64,000 nucleotides of DNA, taken from assembly GCA_004298325.1 (NCBI GenBank), contig SCUF01000253.1:6762-70761 (forward strand), read 5' to 3'. Shown here in pieces: positions 34,431 to 42,405 of this stretch. The position numbers and the translations under genes were made by a program. The first letter of the stretch is position 1. Every line of letters begins with the position of its first letter. Source of the stretch: Betaproteobacteria bacterium. Lineage in GTDB: Bacteria; Pseudomonadota; Gammaproteobacteria; Burkholderiales; SG8-39. The notes below the pieces were generated by a model. It made no database searches. It saw only the letters and a program-made list of their open reading frames with translations, and was not told the origin of the DNA.

Positions 34431-34819
34431 GGCCGATCATGGACGACGACTGGGATTGGATCGACCGGATCGGCGAGCCTTGGGCGCTGCTGCTCGCGAT
34501 CCTGCTCATCATCGCCGGATGCGTGGTCGCGGCGACGGGGGCGCTCGCCGGCGAGCGGCCGAAGGGCGTGGTCTTCGACTGCGCGCAGTTCGGGCGCTCG
34601 ATCCGGAACGTGGCCGAGCTGCGGGACCTCGACGCGAGCCTCGAGAAGACCCTCGCCCTGATCCGCACGAAGAACGCCGCCACGCCGCGGCCGCAGCTTG
34701 AGGCGATCGAGCGCGAGGTCCGGCGCATGTGGCGCGAACGCCTGCCGGCGGACGAGGCGGGCTGGGCGCTTTACCGCCGCTGCCAGGCGCAACTGGGCGA
34801 CATGGGGCGGGAGGGCTGA
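34427..34819 (+). CDS. membrane protein (holin/antiholin candidate)
   Basis: TM WALLLAILLIIAGCVVAATGALAG; immediately upstream of the endolysin. Confidence 0.45.
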   Translation: MRPIMDDDWDWIDRIGEPWALLLAILLIIAGCVVAATGALAGERPKGVVFDCAQFGRSIRNVAELRDLDASLEKTLALIRTKNAATPRPQLEAIEREVRRMWRERLPADEAGWALYRRCQAQLGDMGREG

Positions 34820-35290
34820 ATGACGCGCGCGATCCGACACATCGTGATCCACTGCTCCGCGACGCCGAACGGTGACGCGCGCTTCGGGCTCGAGGCGATC
34901 GACCGCATGCACCGCGAGCGCGGCTGGAGAAAGATCGGCTACCACTACGTGATCGAGGCAGACGGCACGGTGCGCCGCGGCCGCGACGAGGACGAGATCG
35001 GCGCGCACGTCGAGGGCTCGAACGCCCACTCGATCGGCATCTGCCTGATCGGCACGGACGCCTTCGTGTGGGCGCAGTGGGAAGCGCTCGCGCGCCTCGC
35101 GCGCCACCTGGAGGACCGCTACCCGGCGGCGGACATGCTCGGGCACCGCGACTACTCGCCCGACAAGGACGGCGACGGCGTGGTGGAGCCCTGGGAGTGG
35201 CTGAAAACCTGCCCCGGCTTCGACGTACGGACCTGGCTCCTCGGCGGCATGGAGCCGATGGCGGCGAATGTGCTGCCGGATGCGGCATGA
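34820..35290 (+). CDS. endolysin, N-acetylmuramoyl-L-alanine amidase (Amidase_2/PGRP type)
   Basis: IVIHCSATP...GYHYVIEADGTVRRGRDEDEIGAHVEGSNAHSIGICLIG. Confidence 0.9.
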   Translation: MTRAIRHIVIHCSATPNGDARFGLEAIDRMHRERGWRKIGYHYVIEADGTVRRGRDEDEIGAHVEGSNAHSIGICLIGTDAFVWAQWEALARLARHLEDRYPAADMLGHRDYSPDKDGDGVVEPWEWLKTCPGFDVRTWLLGGMEPMAANVLPDAA

Positions 35291-35385
35291 AAGTCTTTCT
35301 CTGGATCTGCCTCGGCGTGGCGCTGGCGGTTGCGCTCTACTCCGCATGGTGGATGTGGACCCTCGTCAAGGCGCTGCCGCACTGA
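35287..35385 (+). CDS. very small membrane peptide (32 aa)
   Basis: ATGA overlap with the endolysin stop; MKVFLWICLGVALAVALYSAWWMW. Confidence 0.4.
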   Translation: MKVFLWICLGVALAVALYSAWWMWTLVKALPH

Positions 35386-35386
35386 C

Positions 35387-35791
35387 ATGCTCTGGCTCCT
35401 CAACTTCTTCGCTGGCTCGGCGGCTCGGCTGCAGGCGCTGCTGATTGGCGCCGCGGTTGCGCTGATCACCATCCTGGCGCTGACCGTCTGGGGCCTGTAC
35501 TGGCGCGGCGAATACCGCGAGGCGAAGGCCGCGCTCGTCATGCTCGAGGCGCAGAGCAAGATCCTGGCCGAGAGCGTGCGCGCCTGCAGCGCCGGCGTGG
35601 CCGAGGCGAAGAAGGCGGGCGAGGCGGCGATCGAGGACGGCCGCAAGCTCCTCGCCGAAGCGCGGCGCCTGGCTGCCGGCGGCCGCCAGCAGGCCGAGCG
35701 CATCGAGCGGCTGCTCGCCCAGCCGACGCCGCCCGGTGCCGGCTGCGAGGATGCATGGAAGGACATCGAGAAGGCCAGGGGAGCGCGATGA
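35387..35791 (+). CDS. i-spanin (Rz-like)
   Basis: N-terminal TM (LLIGAAVALITILALTVWGLYW) plus a coiled-coil periplasmic part. Confidence 0.65.
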   Translation: MLWLLNFFAGSAARLQALLIGAAVALITILALTVWGLYWRGEYREAKAALVMLEAQSKILAESVRACSAGVAEAKKAGEAAIEDGRKLLAEARRLAAGGRQQAERIERLLAQPTPPGAGCEDAWKDIEKARGAR

Positions 35792-36087
35792 GTGCCGCAC
35801 GTCGGACCTCCTCCCTGCCGATCGCGCTCGTCGCGCTCGCCCTGGCCGCTGGCTGCTCGTCGCTGTCGGACATCAAGGTGCCCGAGACCGTGAAGGTGCA
35901 GGTCCCGGTGCCCTGCATCGCCCCAGCCGATGTGCCGCAACGGCCCGCCCTGCGCACGGAAGCCGACCTGATGGCCATGGACACGTATCGCCGGACGCTC
36001 GCGGCCTGGAGCGATCTGAAACGCTACGAGGCCTATGCCGCGGAGCTGGAGGCGGTGGTGCAGGGGTGCTCGAGGATCAAGAGGTAG
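35788..36087 (+). CDS. o-spanin (Rz1-like lipoprotein)
   Basis: MSAARRTSSLPIALVALALAAGCSS (lipobox LAAGC); Pro-rich; ATGA overlap with the i-spanin stop. Confidence 0.7.
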   Translation: MSAARRTSSLPIALVALALAAGCSSLSDIKVPETVKVQVPVPCIAPADVPQRPALRTEADLMAMDTYRRTLAAWSDLKRYEAYAAELEAVVQGCSRIKR

Positions 36088-36173
36088 AGAGCGACAACCA
36101 TTGCAGAGGAGATCGACCTATGTGACCGACCCCATCCGCTGAAACCAGCCAAGACGGTAGCCAAGAAAGACGA

Positions 36174-36216
36174 CGCCCGGATCCCGCCCGCGAGGGTTGG
36201 GGTCCGGGCGTTTTTG
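36174..36216 (+). terminator. rho-independent terminator at the end of the lysis operon
   Basis: 12-bp stem CGCCCGGATCCC / GGGGTCCGGGCG, then TTTTT. Confidence 0.7.
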
Positions 36217-36600
36217 CTTTTCAGGCGGCGCGACGGAAGCCTTGGAGCGCCAGGCGTCGCCGGACTTGCAGCACAGACCGCTGGGGTTTACCGTCCGGTA
36301 GTCGTGGGGTCGCCATACTAATCAATATGTTATACAAGGACCGGCGGCTGATTTGGCCGTCGTGTCTAGTCCGTGTCTAGAAAGCCTTGCGGAAAACAGC
36401 GGACGGCGCTCGCGAGGAACGTCAGCTATCTAATTTCTTCGTTCGCTCGCCAGCGCACCGCGAGCAGCACGGGCCGGGGTAGGGGTGCCCATCCTTTTTC
36501 GGCCTCGACCCCGTCCCGGCGTTCGTAGGCCCCATCACCTGTACATGGAGCTGCATTTTTAGAGATTTCGGCACCAAGTTACAACGGACAAGGAATGTAG

Positions 36601-37152
36601 CTATCGTCTGATGTCTAAAATTCTTAGCGCGGTCATCGCTGCGCTATTGTTCGCTATCCTGAGTTCTTGTCGCTTTGCTTCCCAAATCTTCTGCTCGGTT
36701 TTCGCATCCCTGCACAGAGCGAACAGCTCTCTACTCAAGCGATCGGCTGTTAACAATTCGTGAGAGAGATCACTGCTCTCAAAGTAAACGTCCAGTCTGT
36801 TTCTCGCACTCCGGAACGAATCGACGGCCTCGCCTTGGAAAAGATTGATCGCCGTTTGATCGTCGTTGCTGGGTTCTGGCTTCTGATATGCACGGCACGC
36901 ATCGTACGCTAGGGCTGTGTAACGATAGCTGGCAGCTAAAAACTCATCCACGACGCGAGCTCGTATTGCCAGGACGGTCTTGCTCAACTCAGCGCGATAT
37001 TCGATGTCCTTTTCCCAAGGCTTGACGACCCATAAAATTGCTAGAGCACCCGCAACTCCTAGCAGCACAGTGCGGGCAGTTTCCGTCCAGAACTTCTTTG
37101 ATTCGTCCCACTGCGCCATCCGCAGATCTCCCAATTTATTAACTGTGAGCAC
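36601..37152 (-). CDS. hypothetical membrane-anchored protein (183 aa)
   Basis: ORF track; TM VLLGVAGALAILWVV; low-GC codon usage. Confidence 0.55.
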   Translation of the reverse strand: MLTVNKLGDLRMAQWDESKKFWTETARTVLLGVAGALAILWVVKPWEKDIEYRAELSKTVLAIRARVVDEFLAASYRYTALAYDACRAYQKPEPSNDDQTAINLFQGEAVDSFRSARNRLDVYFESSDLSHELLTADRLSRELFALCRDAKTEQKIWEAKRQELRIANNSAAMTALRILDIRR

Positions 37153-37303
37153 GCTAGCAATGCTCGCACCTTCGTCTGATGTGTCGTTTGCGCTTGAAAT
37201 TCTCAGCAGGTAAGCGTTAGCATATTCTTATAGAAAGAGTTATTGTGCGGTGGGAGCATTCTGTTGCTGCTTTCTGTCCGCTCAGCTACTCAGGGGCCAG
37301 ACG

Positions 37304-37870
37304 ATGTCATGGATGAACTCCGAGCTGATCCTCTACCACGGATGTGATTGGGATTCAGCAGACGCGATCTGCCGTCCTTCGTCAACTTTTCCTGTCCACT
37401 CTATAAACCTTATGCTGTGTACACCGCACACCGACTTCGGCAAAGGTTTCTATGCCACCACCAACCTTCATCAGGCAAAGAATTGGGCGAACGATCGCAC
37501 GACGCTGCTGAGGATTACTGATCCCCAAAAGTTCGCGGCTGTTGTAGAGATTGCGGTTGAGCGAGAGCACCTCGCTGCTAACGCGAGTGTGTTGTGCTTC
37601 GTAACGGAAGGTAGCGCAGCGACTTCGGACTTTTGGGAGTTTATAAAGCATTGCCGTACGGGTAGTACTACTTCTGGCCATGAGCTAAGTGCGAACAAGA
37701 AGGATCGGATGTATGACTTAGTATTTGGCCCCGTGTCGCTTTGGACCCAAACGCTGGTCATCAAGGATTGCGACCAAATTAGCTTCCATACTCAAGACGC
37801 TCTCAAAGCGATCAAGAAAGCAACGGTCAAGTACCAATGCACTCAGACTAACCCCCACTTTATTGTCTAG
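37304..37870 (+). CDS. DUF3990-like protein
   Basis: LILYHGC...HTDFGKGFYATTNLHQAKNWAN...MYDLVFGPV...DQISFHTQDALKAIK matches the DUF3990 motif series. Confidence 0.65.
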   Translation: MSWMNSELILYHGCDWDSADAICRPSSTFPVHSINLMLCTPHTDFGKGFYATTNLHQAKNWANDRTTLLRITDPQKFAAVVEIAVEREHLAANASVLCFVTEGSAATSDFWEFIKHCRTGSTTSGHELSANKKDRMYDLVFGPVSLWTQTLVIKDCDQISFHTQDALKAIKKATVKYQCTQTNPHFIV

Positions 37871-37877
37871 AACGGCT

Positions 37878-38201
37878 ATGGCTACGCTTAACGACGACGA
37901 GTTATCGCAGTTCCTGAAAGAGTCATATGTCGACGATTACTGGGACATGGTTAGGAGTACATTTGAGCGCGTGTTCGATGAGAGCGATTTCGCTCTCGTT
38001 GATCGACTCCGCGACGCCATCCTTAAGCGCCCGGAGAAAGAACAAGTACTTTTTTACCATGCCGAGCCATTAGCCGTGGCGGCCGGTTTGCTCGGGGCGC
38101 GTGCAGGCCAACTCAAGGCTTCGCAATATACAGAGTACGCGATGCTGGTGAAAGCGAAGGGGCGAGATCGACCCGCGGGCACTCTAACTCTAGTCCCGTA
38201 A
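37878..38201 (+). CDS. small helical partner protein of the DUF3990-like gene
   Basis: ATG 8 nt after the upstream stop; 107 aa. Confidence 0.55.
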   Translation: MATLNDDELSQFLKESYVDDYWDMVRSTFERVFDESDFALVDRLRDAILKRPEKEQVLFYHAEPLAVAAGLLGARAGQLKASQYTEYAMLVKAKGRDRPAGTLTLVP

Positions 38202-38382
38202 AGTTCGGCGCGAAGTGCTGCAATGGGTTCTCCCGGTCCCCGCTCCCGAAAGCGGCCATTCGTCGCTGCCGATGATTTGAACCTCTGTTACGCGCCATGA
38301 GCGTCCACTGACTACCATCAGCATCCGGCTTTTGCGCCCTATGGTTACGAGGCATAGAGTGTGGCCACAAGGATGCTGAACC

Positions 38383-38814
38383 ATGGCGAAGTGGACTAAG
38401 GGTCAAAGCGGCAATCCAGGCGGGCGACCAAAGGAAATGGGCTATCTCCGAGAGATAGCGCGTAAGCACCGCGAGGCGATCGAAACGCTTGTCACGGTAA
38501 TGCAGAACTCGGAAGCGACAGACCAAGCACGCGTCCACGCTGCAACGGCGTTGCTGGATCGCGGCTGGGGTCGCCCCGCTCAGACGATCACGAACAGCAA
38601 CGGCAACACCCTGAAGGTGGATGAGAAGGCGTTTGAAAGCACGCGTGAGTTGCTCGCTAAGTACATAGACAAACCTGAGAACACGCGGGAAGCAGCGTCA
38701 GCCATCGTTACCGCTGCGGATGAAGGCGACGCCCCCGCGTCGGGCGTTACGCATCAGCGGTTCGTCGGGTTCTATAACTCCGCGGCAGTTTCCGCTCGCG
38801 CCCGCCAAACCTAG
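38383..38814 (+). CDS. DUF5681-like protein (mobile-element associated)
   Basis: N-terminal KGQSGNPGGRPK motif. Confidence 0.65.
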   Translation: MAKWTKGQSGNPGGRPKEMGYLREIARKHREAIETLVTVMQNSEATDQARVHAATALLDRGWGRPAQTITNSNGNTLKVDEKAFESTRELLAKYIDKPENTREAASAIVTAADEGDAPASGVTHQRFVGFYNSAAVSARARQT

Positions 38815-39450
38815 AATCGGTCCCCATGCGAGCAAGACTTGCATTCCGTGCGGCCCAGATCGCGCACGAGCGGATGATCTCCTACTTGCGGGACGTGCCG
38901 GCAGGAGTCGTAGAGGCGGACCGCGGCAAAGCCGAGCAGCTAACGCGGGACTGCGAAAATACTTTCTAGGAATGGATGGCAGCCTGCAGAGAGTTCACGG
39001 TCCACTAGCCGCGAGAGCAGTGGCTCCGCGAGCAGCTAGCCAAAGATCAAGACGGCCCACGGTCGCGCGACCGATGCGGAGCGCAGGAAGTGGAACGAGC
39101 GTCGACAGAGACGTCCGCAACGCCAACGCATGACGTCACGGACCGAGTGGCGTGAGCGGATCGACGATTCGAACTCAGGCTCAGTCATTGTGACGATCGC
39201 CATTCGCAACGTTGCTCCACTCGAGATCGAGATTCCCAGATGGAAATGGAATCCATTCTTGTTCTTGGCTGTTCTCGATCGATATCCCGCGGCTGGGGCC
39301 TGTGCACTAGGTCCACACACACGTGCCCTCATTGCGTAGCTTGGCTCGAGGCACCGGCAATGAGGCCTGGTCGGACGATTCCCGCTCCGCTTCCCAGTCT
39401 ATAGTTGCATAATCGTACGAGCGGGCTTTATCTAGTTGACGAGGCTTGCC

Positions 39451-40140
39451 ATGTACGCCGCGATTTCAGGCAAGGCAGCGCAAAAAGGGGGGTCTCGTTT
39501 CCGCGAGAAAACGGTGCGCCTTAACTATTTCACCAGCGCGCAATTTGGCCTGCAGGCGCTGAGCAAGCGTCGCATTAAGATTGCTCGACTTACCGAGCTG
39601 AATGATCCGTTTGAGTTCCTGGCAGCCGATCTATCGGACAAGAACAGTCGGACGCTTCTTCGTCAAACGAGGGCAACGCTTTCGGAGACGAAAGGAATTC
39701 TGTGTTTCAGCAGGGTTTGGAACAATCCGGTTTTGTGGGGTCACTATGCAGACAAGCACCATGGCGTCGCTCTCGGGTTCGAAGTACCGTCAACGCATGC
39801 ACATCCAATAGCGTACGTTAGCTCACGCCTTTCGTGGCCGGCCGTTATTGATGGAGCGTTCGTGTGCCGACTTCTTTTTACCAAATTTTCCCACTGGAGC
39901 TACGAAGATGAGTACCGCGTTTACGTTGACCTCGATAGTCAAGAAGGCGGACTGTACTTCGCAGATTTCTCAGAGACGTTGGCTCTGCGTCGCGTCATTG
40001 TCGGGTGTGAATCGGCACTTACGCGTGCTGATATCCGCGAAGCGTTGGGTGGCCACAGCGATATTGATGTGTTCAAAGCACGCCCCGCCTTTAAGTCCTT
40101 CCGCATCGTAAGAAACAGAGACGAGTCGCTATGGGCTTAG
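39451..40140 (+). CDS. DUF2971-like protein
   Basis: ...ARLTELNDPFEFL...GILCFSRVWNNPVLWGHYADKHHGVALGFEV...FTKFSHWSYEDEYRV... The track start TTG at 39436 is also possible. Confidence 0.7.
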   Translation: MYAAISGKAAQKGGSRFREKTVRLNYFTSAQFGLQALSKRRIKIARLTELNDPFEFLAADLSDKNSRTLLRQTRATLSETKGILCFSRVWNNPVLWGHYADKHHGVALGFEVPSTHAHPIAYVSSRLSWPAVIDGAFVCRLLFTKFSHWSYEDEYRVYVDLDSQEGGLYFADFSETLALRRVIVGCESALTRADIREALGGHSDIDVFKARPAFKSFRIVRNRDESLWA

Positions 40141-40264
40141 TGACAGGTTTGAGCGGAACGACAACCGCATCCGTCAAGGAGCCAAGCTTTGGGTCAACCC
40201 GTCCACGCGTGACCGCTGGCTGCAGGCGACCCGCATGAAGCCTCGAGCCAAGTAGGGAGCCGTT

Positions 40265-41158
40265 ATGCGAGCGTTCTGGATTTACAAATGCAATAACAAG
40301 AACGAGGAATATCAGCGCACATGGGGTGATTGGGCGGAAGTATTCGATAGCACAAAGGCTAAAGGGTGGGGCTCAACGAGCATAGTTGCCGAACTTGCCC
40401 AGGCCAAGATCCGAGATATGGTCATCGCATATCAAACGGATCGGAACGAGCTTGTCGGTGTCGCTCGCGTTGTAGGATGGAGACCTCAGGGCAGGTACAA
40501 ACGACTCGTTGTAAAGCCAATCCGGAGAATTGGCGTACGCGTCCGGCCGCTGAAGGAATCAAACGCTAAGGTCGCGCGAATTCCGGCGCTGCAGCCGGGG
40601 AGGATCGGTACGCTCTATTCGGTCTCGCGAGCAGATGCCCATACTTTGCTTCGGGCCGCCGGACTGCGTCTCGCTGAGAATGCTAATGAACCGAGCGACA
40701 ACGCTGAACGCTCAGTTCAGGGTGCCGGGTTTGGCACGCCAGAACGGAACAAGCTCGTTGAGCGAGAGGCAGTGAGACACATAAAGCGCCATTTTCGACG
40801 TCAAGGTTGGTCAGTGACGGACGTATCATCTGAGAACCGGGGTTACGATCTCCTCTGCAAGCGCCCCGGCGAGCGTAGTCACGTCGAGGTCAAGGGCGCG
40901 CGTGGTGAAGGCCAGCAATTCATCCTCACCGCTAGAGAGCTCGATACTTGGACCAAGGACAAACAGTTCGTACTCGCTTTCGTCGGTAGCGCGCTATCAG
41001 CCAAACCTTCGCTCTCGTTCTTTCCGAGCGCAGCGGCTCAACGGGAGTTTGAGTTACGTCCACTTTCTTTCATTGCACGAAGGCAGCCTAACCCCGACAT
41101 CCAAACCAGCGCCCGTAAGAGCCGCCGCCACCGAAACGGAGCCTCAAGCGCCGGATGA
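40265..41158 (+). CDS. PUA-like (EVE/ASCH-type) domain fused to a DUF3883 restriction-endonuclease-fold domain
   Basis: N-terminus FWIYKCN...IRDMVIAYQTDRNELVGVARVV...GTLYSVSRADAHTLL is an EVE-like pattern. C-terminus RGYDLLCKRPGERSHVEVKGARGEGQQFILTARELD is the DUF3883 D...EVK core. Confidence 0.65.
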   Translation: MRAFWIYKCNNKNEEYQRTWGDWAEVFDSTKAKGWGSTSIVAELAQAKIRDMVIAYQTDRNELVGVARVVGWRPQGRYKRLVVKPIRRIGVRVRPLKESNAKVARIPALQPGRIGTLYSVSRADAHTLLRAAGLRLAENANEPSDNAERSVQGAGFGTPERNKLVEREAVRHIKRHFRRQGWSVTDVSSENRGYDLLCKRPGERSHVEVKGARGEGQQFILTARELDTWTKDKQFVLAFVGSALSAKPSLSFFPSAAAQREFELRPLSFIARRQPNPDIQTSARKSRRHRNGASSAG

Positions 41159-41207
41159 CGAAAAATACGCGATCGTCTGCGGACCGCTTACATCAACAAA
41201 GCAGGCA

Positions 41208-42404
41208 ATGAACGTCGCTACTTCTTCACGCGTTGCCGTGGAGCTCTGCGCCGGATTCGGAGGAATCGGCATCGGCCTACGAGCACTCGGGTTTCACATC
41301 GCAAGAGCGTACGACTCATGGGAACAGGCAGTTTCGATTTACAACCACAACTTCGGTGACAAGGTCGCGACGACCGCCAATCTGCTGAGCGAAAAAGGCC
41401 TCCAACTTGTGGATACCGACCGCGACCGCATCGGCGACGTTGAGCTCCTCGCTGCCGGGCCGCCCTGCAAGGGTTTCAGCCAGCTTAGAAATGGTTACCA
41501 CGACGGACGTAACGGCCACAATCGCGTGCTGGCGGCCATGCCCGACTATGTTGCAATTCTCCGGCCGCGCCTTTTTCTCTTGGAGAATGTTCCGGACCTT
41601 ATAAGACATCGCGACGGAAGGACTCTCGCCGACATCTTGGAACGGCTGGAGCGGCCAGCGAAGCACCTCCGATACCGAGTCGAGTACAAGGTCTACGACG
41701 CGGCGCTCTTCGGAACGCCGCAAGCTAGACGCAGGATCTTGATCTTTGGCGTCCGCAGCGGTGCGAAGGAACGGCTCCCGGAACCCGGACCCGATCTCGC
41801 CCCACTCTTTGCGGCAGTCCGCCACCAAGGAAGGATCCCGAAGGAGTTCAACCAGTACTTAGAGGCCCTAGCGGACCCGGAGAACGCAACGCTTACCTCT
41901 GCAAGGCAAGCACTCTCCGATCTGCCTCTCCTCGGCCCAGGCGAACCAGAGGCTGAGAGACTCTATGCCTCTGAAGCAAAAAACGCGTTTCAGCGATGGG
42001 TGCGGACTGGTGCGCCCGCGAAGCTCCGTGACACTCGAACGCCGGCGGTCAATGCCGAGACTGTGAAACGCCTGCGACATGTCCCACCTGGCGGGTGCGC
42101 TAGGGTGATTCCAGAGGGGCATCTCAACGGACTCGCGAGGCGGTACGGTTCGGCCTACAGGAGGCTACACCCCGACGCCCCTTCGACCGCGCTTTCAACA
42201 AAGTACGACTGTGTCTACCACTACAAGGAGCAGCGTTCGCTATCCGTACGGGAGTACGCCCGCATTCAAGGGATTCCGGATTGCATTACATTCCCAGCGA
42301 GCCTGGTCTGTCGGCGGAGTGCGTATGAAATGATTGGCAACTCGGTGCCGCCTCTACTGATCGAACGGGTGCTCGGCCAGGCGATCGGCAACGGGAACGC
42401 CTAG
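41208..42404 (+). CDS. DNA (cytosine-5) methyltransferase
   Basis: Motifs ELCAGFGG (I), PPCKGFS (IV), ENV (VI), QARRR (VIII), GNSVPP (X). The ATG at 41208 lies within the longer track ORF 40902..42404. Confidence 0.92.
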   Translation: MNVATSSRVAVELCAGFGGIGIGLRALGFHIARAYDSWEQAVSIYNHNFGDKVATTANLLSEKGLQLVDTDRDRIGDVELLAAGPPCKGFSQLRNGYHDGRNGHNRVLAAMPDYVAILRPRLFLLENVPDLIRHRDGRTLADILERLERPAKHLRYRVEYKVYDAALFGTPQARRRILIFGVRSGAKERLPEPGPDLAPLFAAVRHQGRIPKEFNQYLEALADPENATLTSARQALSDLPLLGPGEPEAERLYASEAKNAFQRWVRTGAPAKLRDTRTPAVNAETVKRLRHVPPGGCARVIPEGHLNGLARRYGSAYRRLHPDAPSTALSTKYDCVYHYKEQRSLSVREYARIQGIPDCITFPASLVCRRSAYEMIGNSVPPLLIERVLGQAIGNGNA

Positions 42405-42405
42405 A

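Larger units (their letters stand above)
1..36216. mobile_element. Prophage, partial (lambda-like siphovirus layout); left end lies beyond the window
   Basis: Contiguous early, immunity, replication, packaging, head, tail and lysis modules. The last phage-like gene (o-spanin) ends at 36087, followed by a strong hairpin terminator at 36174-36216. No integrase or att site seen in the window. Confidence 0.85.

Noticed and set aside
34232-35347. Minus-strand ORFs 34232..35347 and 34509..35288
   Set aside because: They are antisense to the lysis genes, including the unambiguous Amidase_2 endolysin.
36217-36600. Searched for a tRNA/tmRNA gene or att core at the prophage-island junction
   Set aside because: I could find no cloverleaf or GTTCGAATC-type T-arm by eye. 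There are only the tandem CGTGTCTAG x2 and a 31-codon minus-strand ORF (36312-36217) with no known features. tRNAscan or Aragorn would be needed to settle this.
38113-39339. Track ORFs 38113..38538 (-), 38720..39133 (+), 39036..39332 (-) and 39130..39339 (+)
   Set aside because: They overlap the better-supported DUF5681 gene or lie in the frame-broken region. They have no motifs or RBS, and their composition is not protein-like.
40902-41207. The long 5' extension of the methyltransferase ORF (track start 40902)
   Set aside because: The extension overlaps the 3' end of the EVE-DUF3883 gene in another frame and is Ser/Arg/Pro-rich. Motif I (ELCAGFGG) follows shortly after the ATG at 41208.
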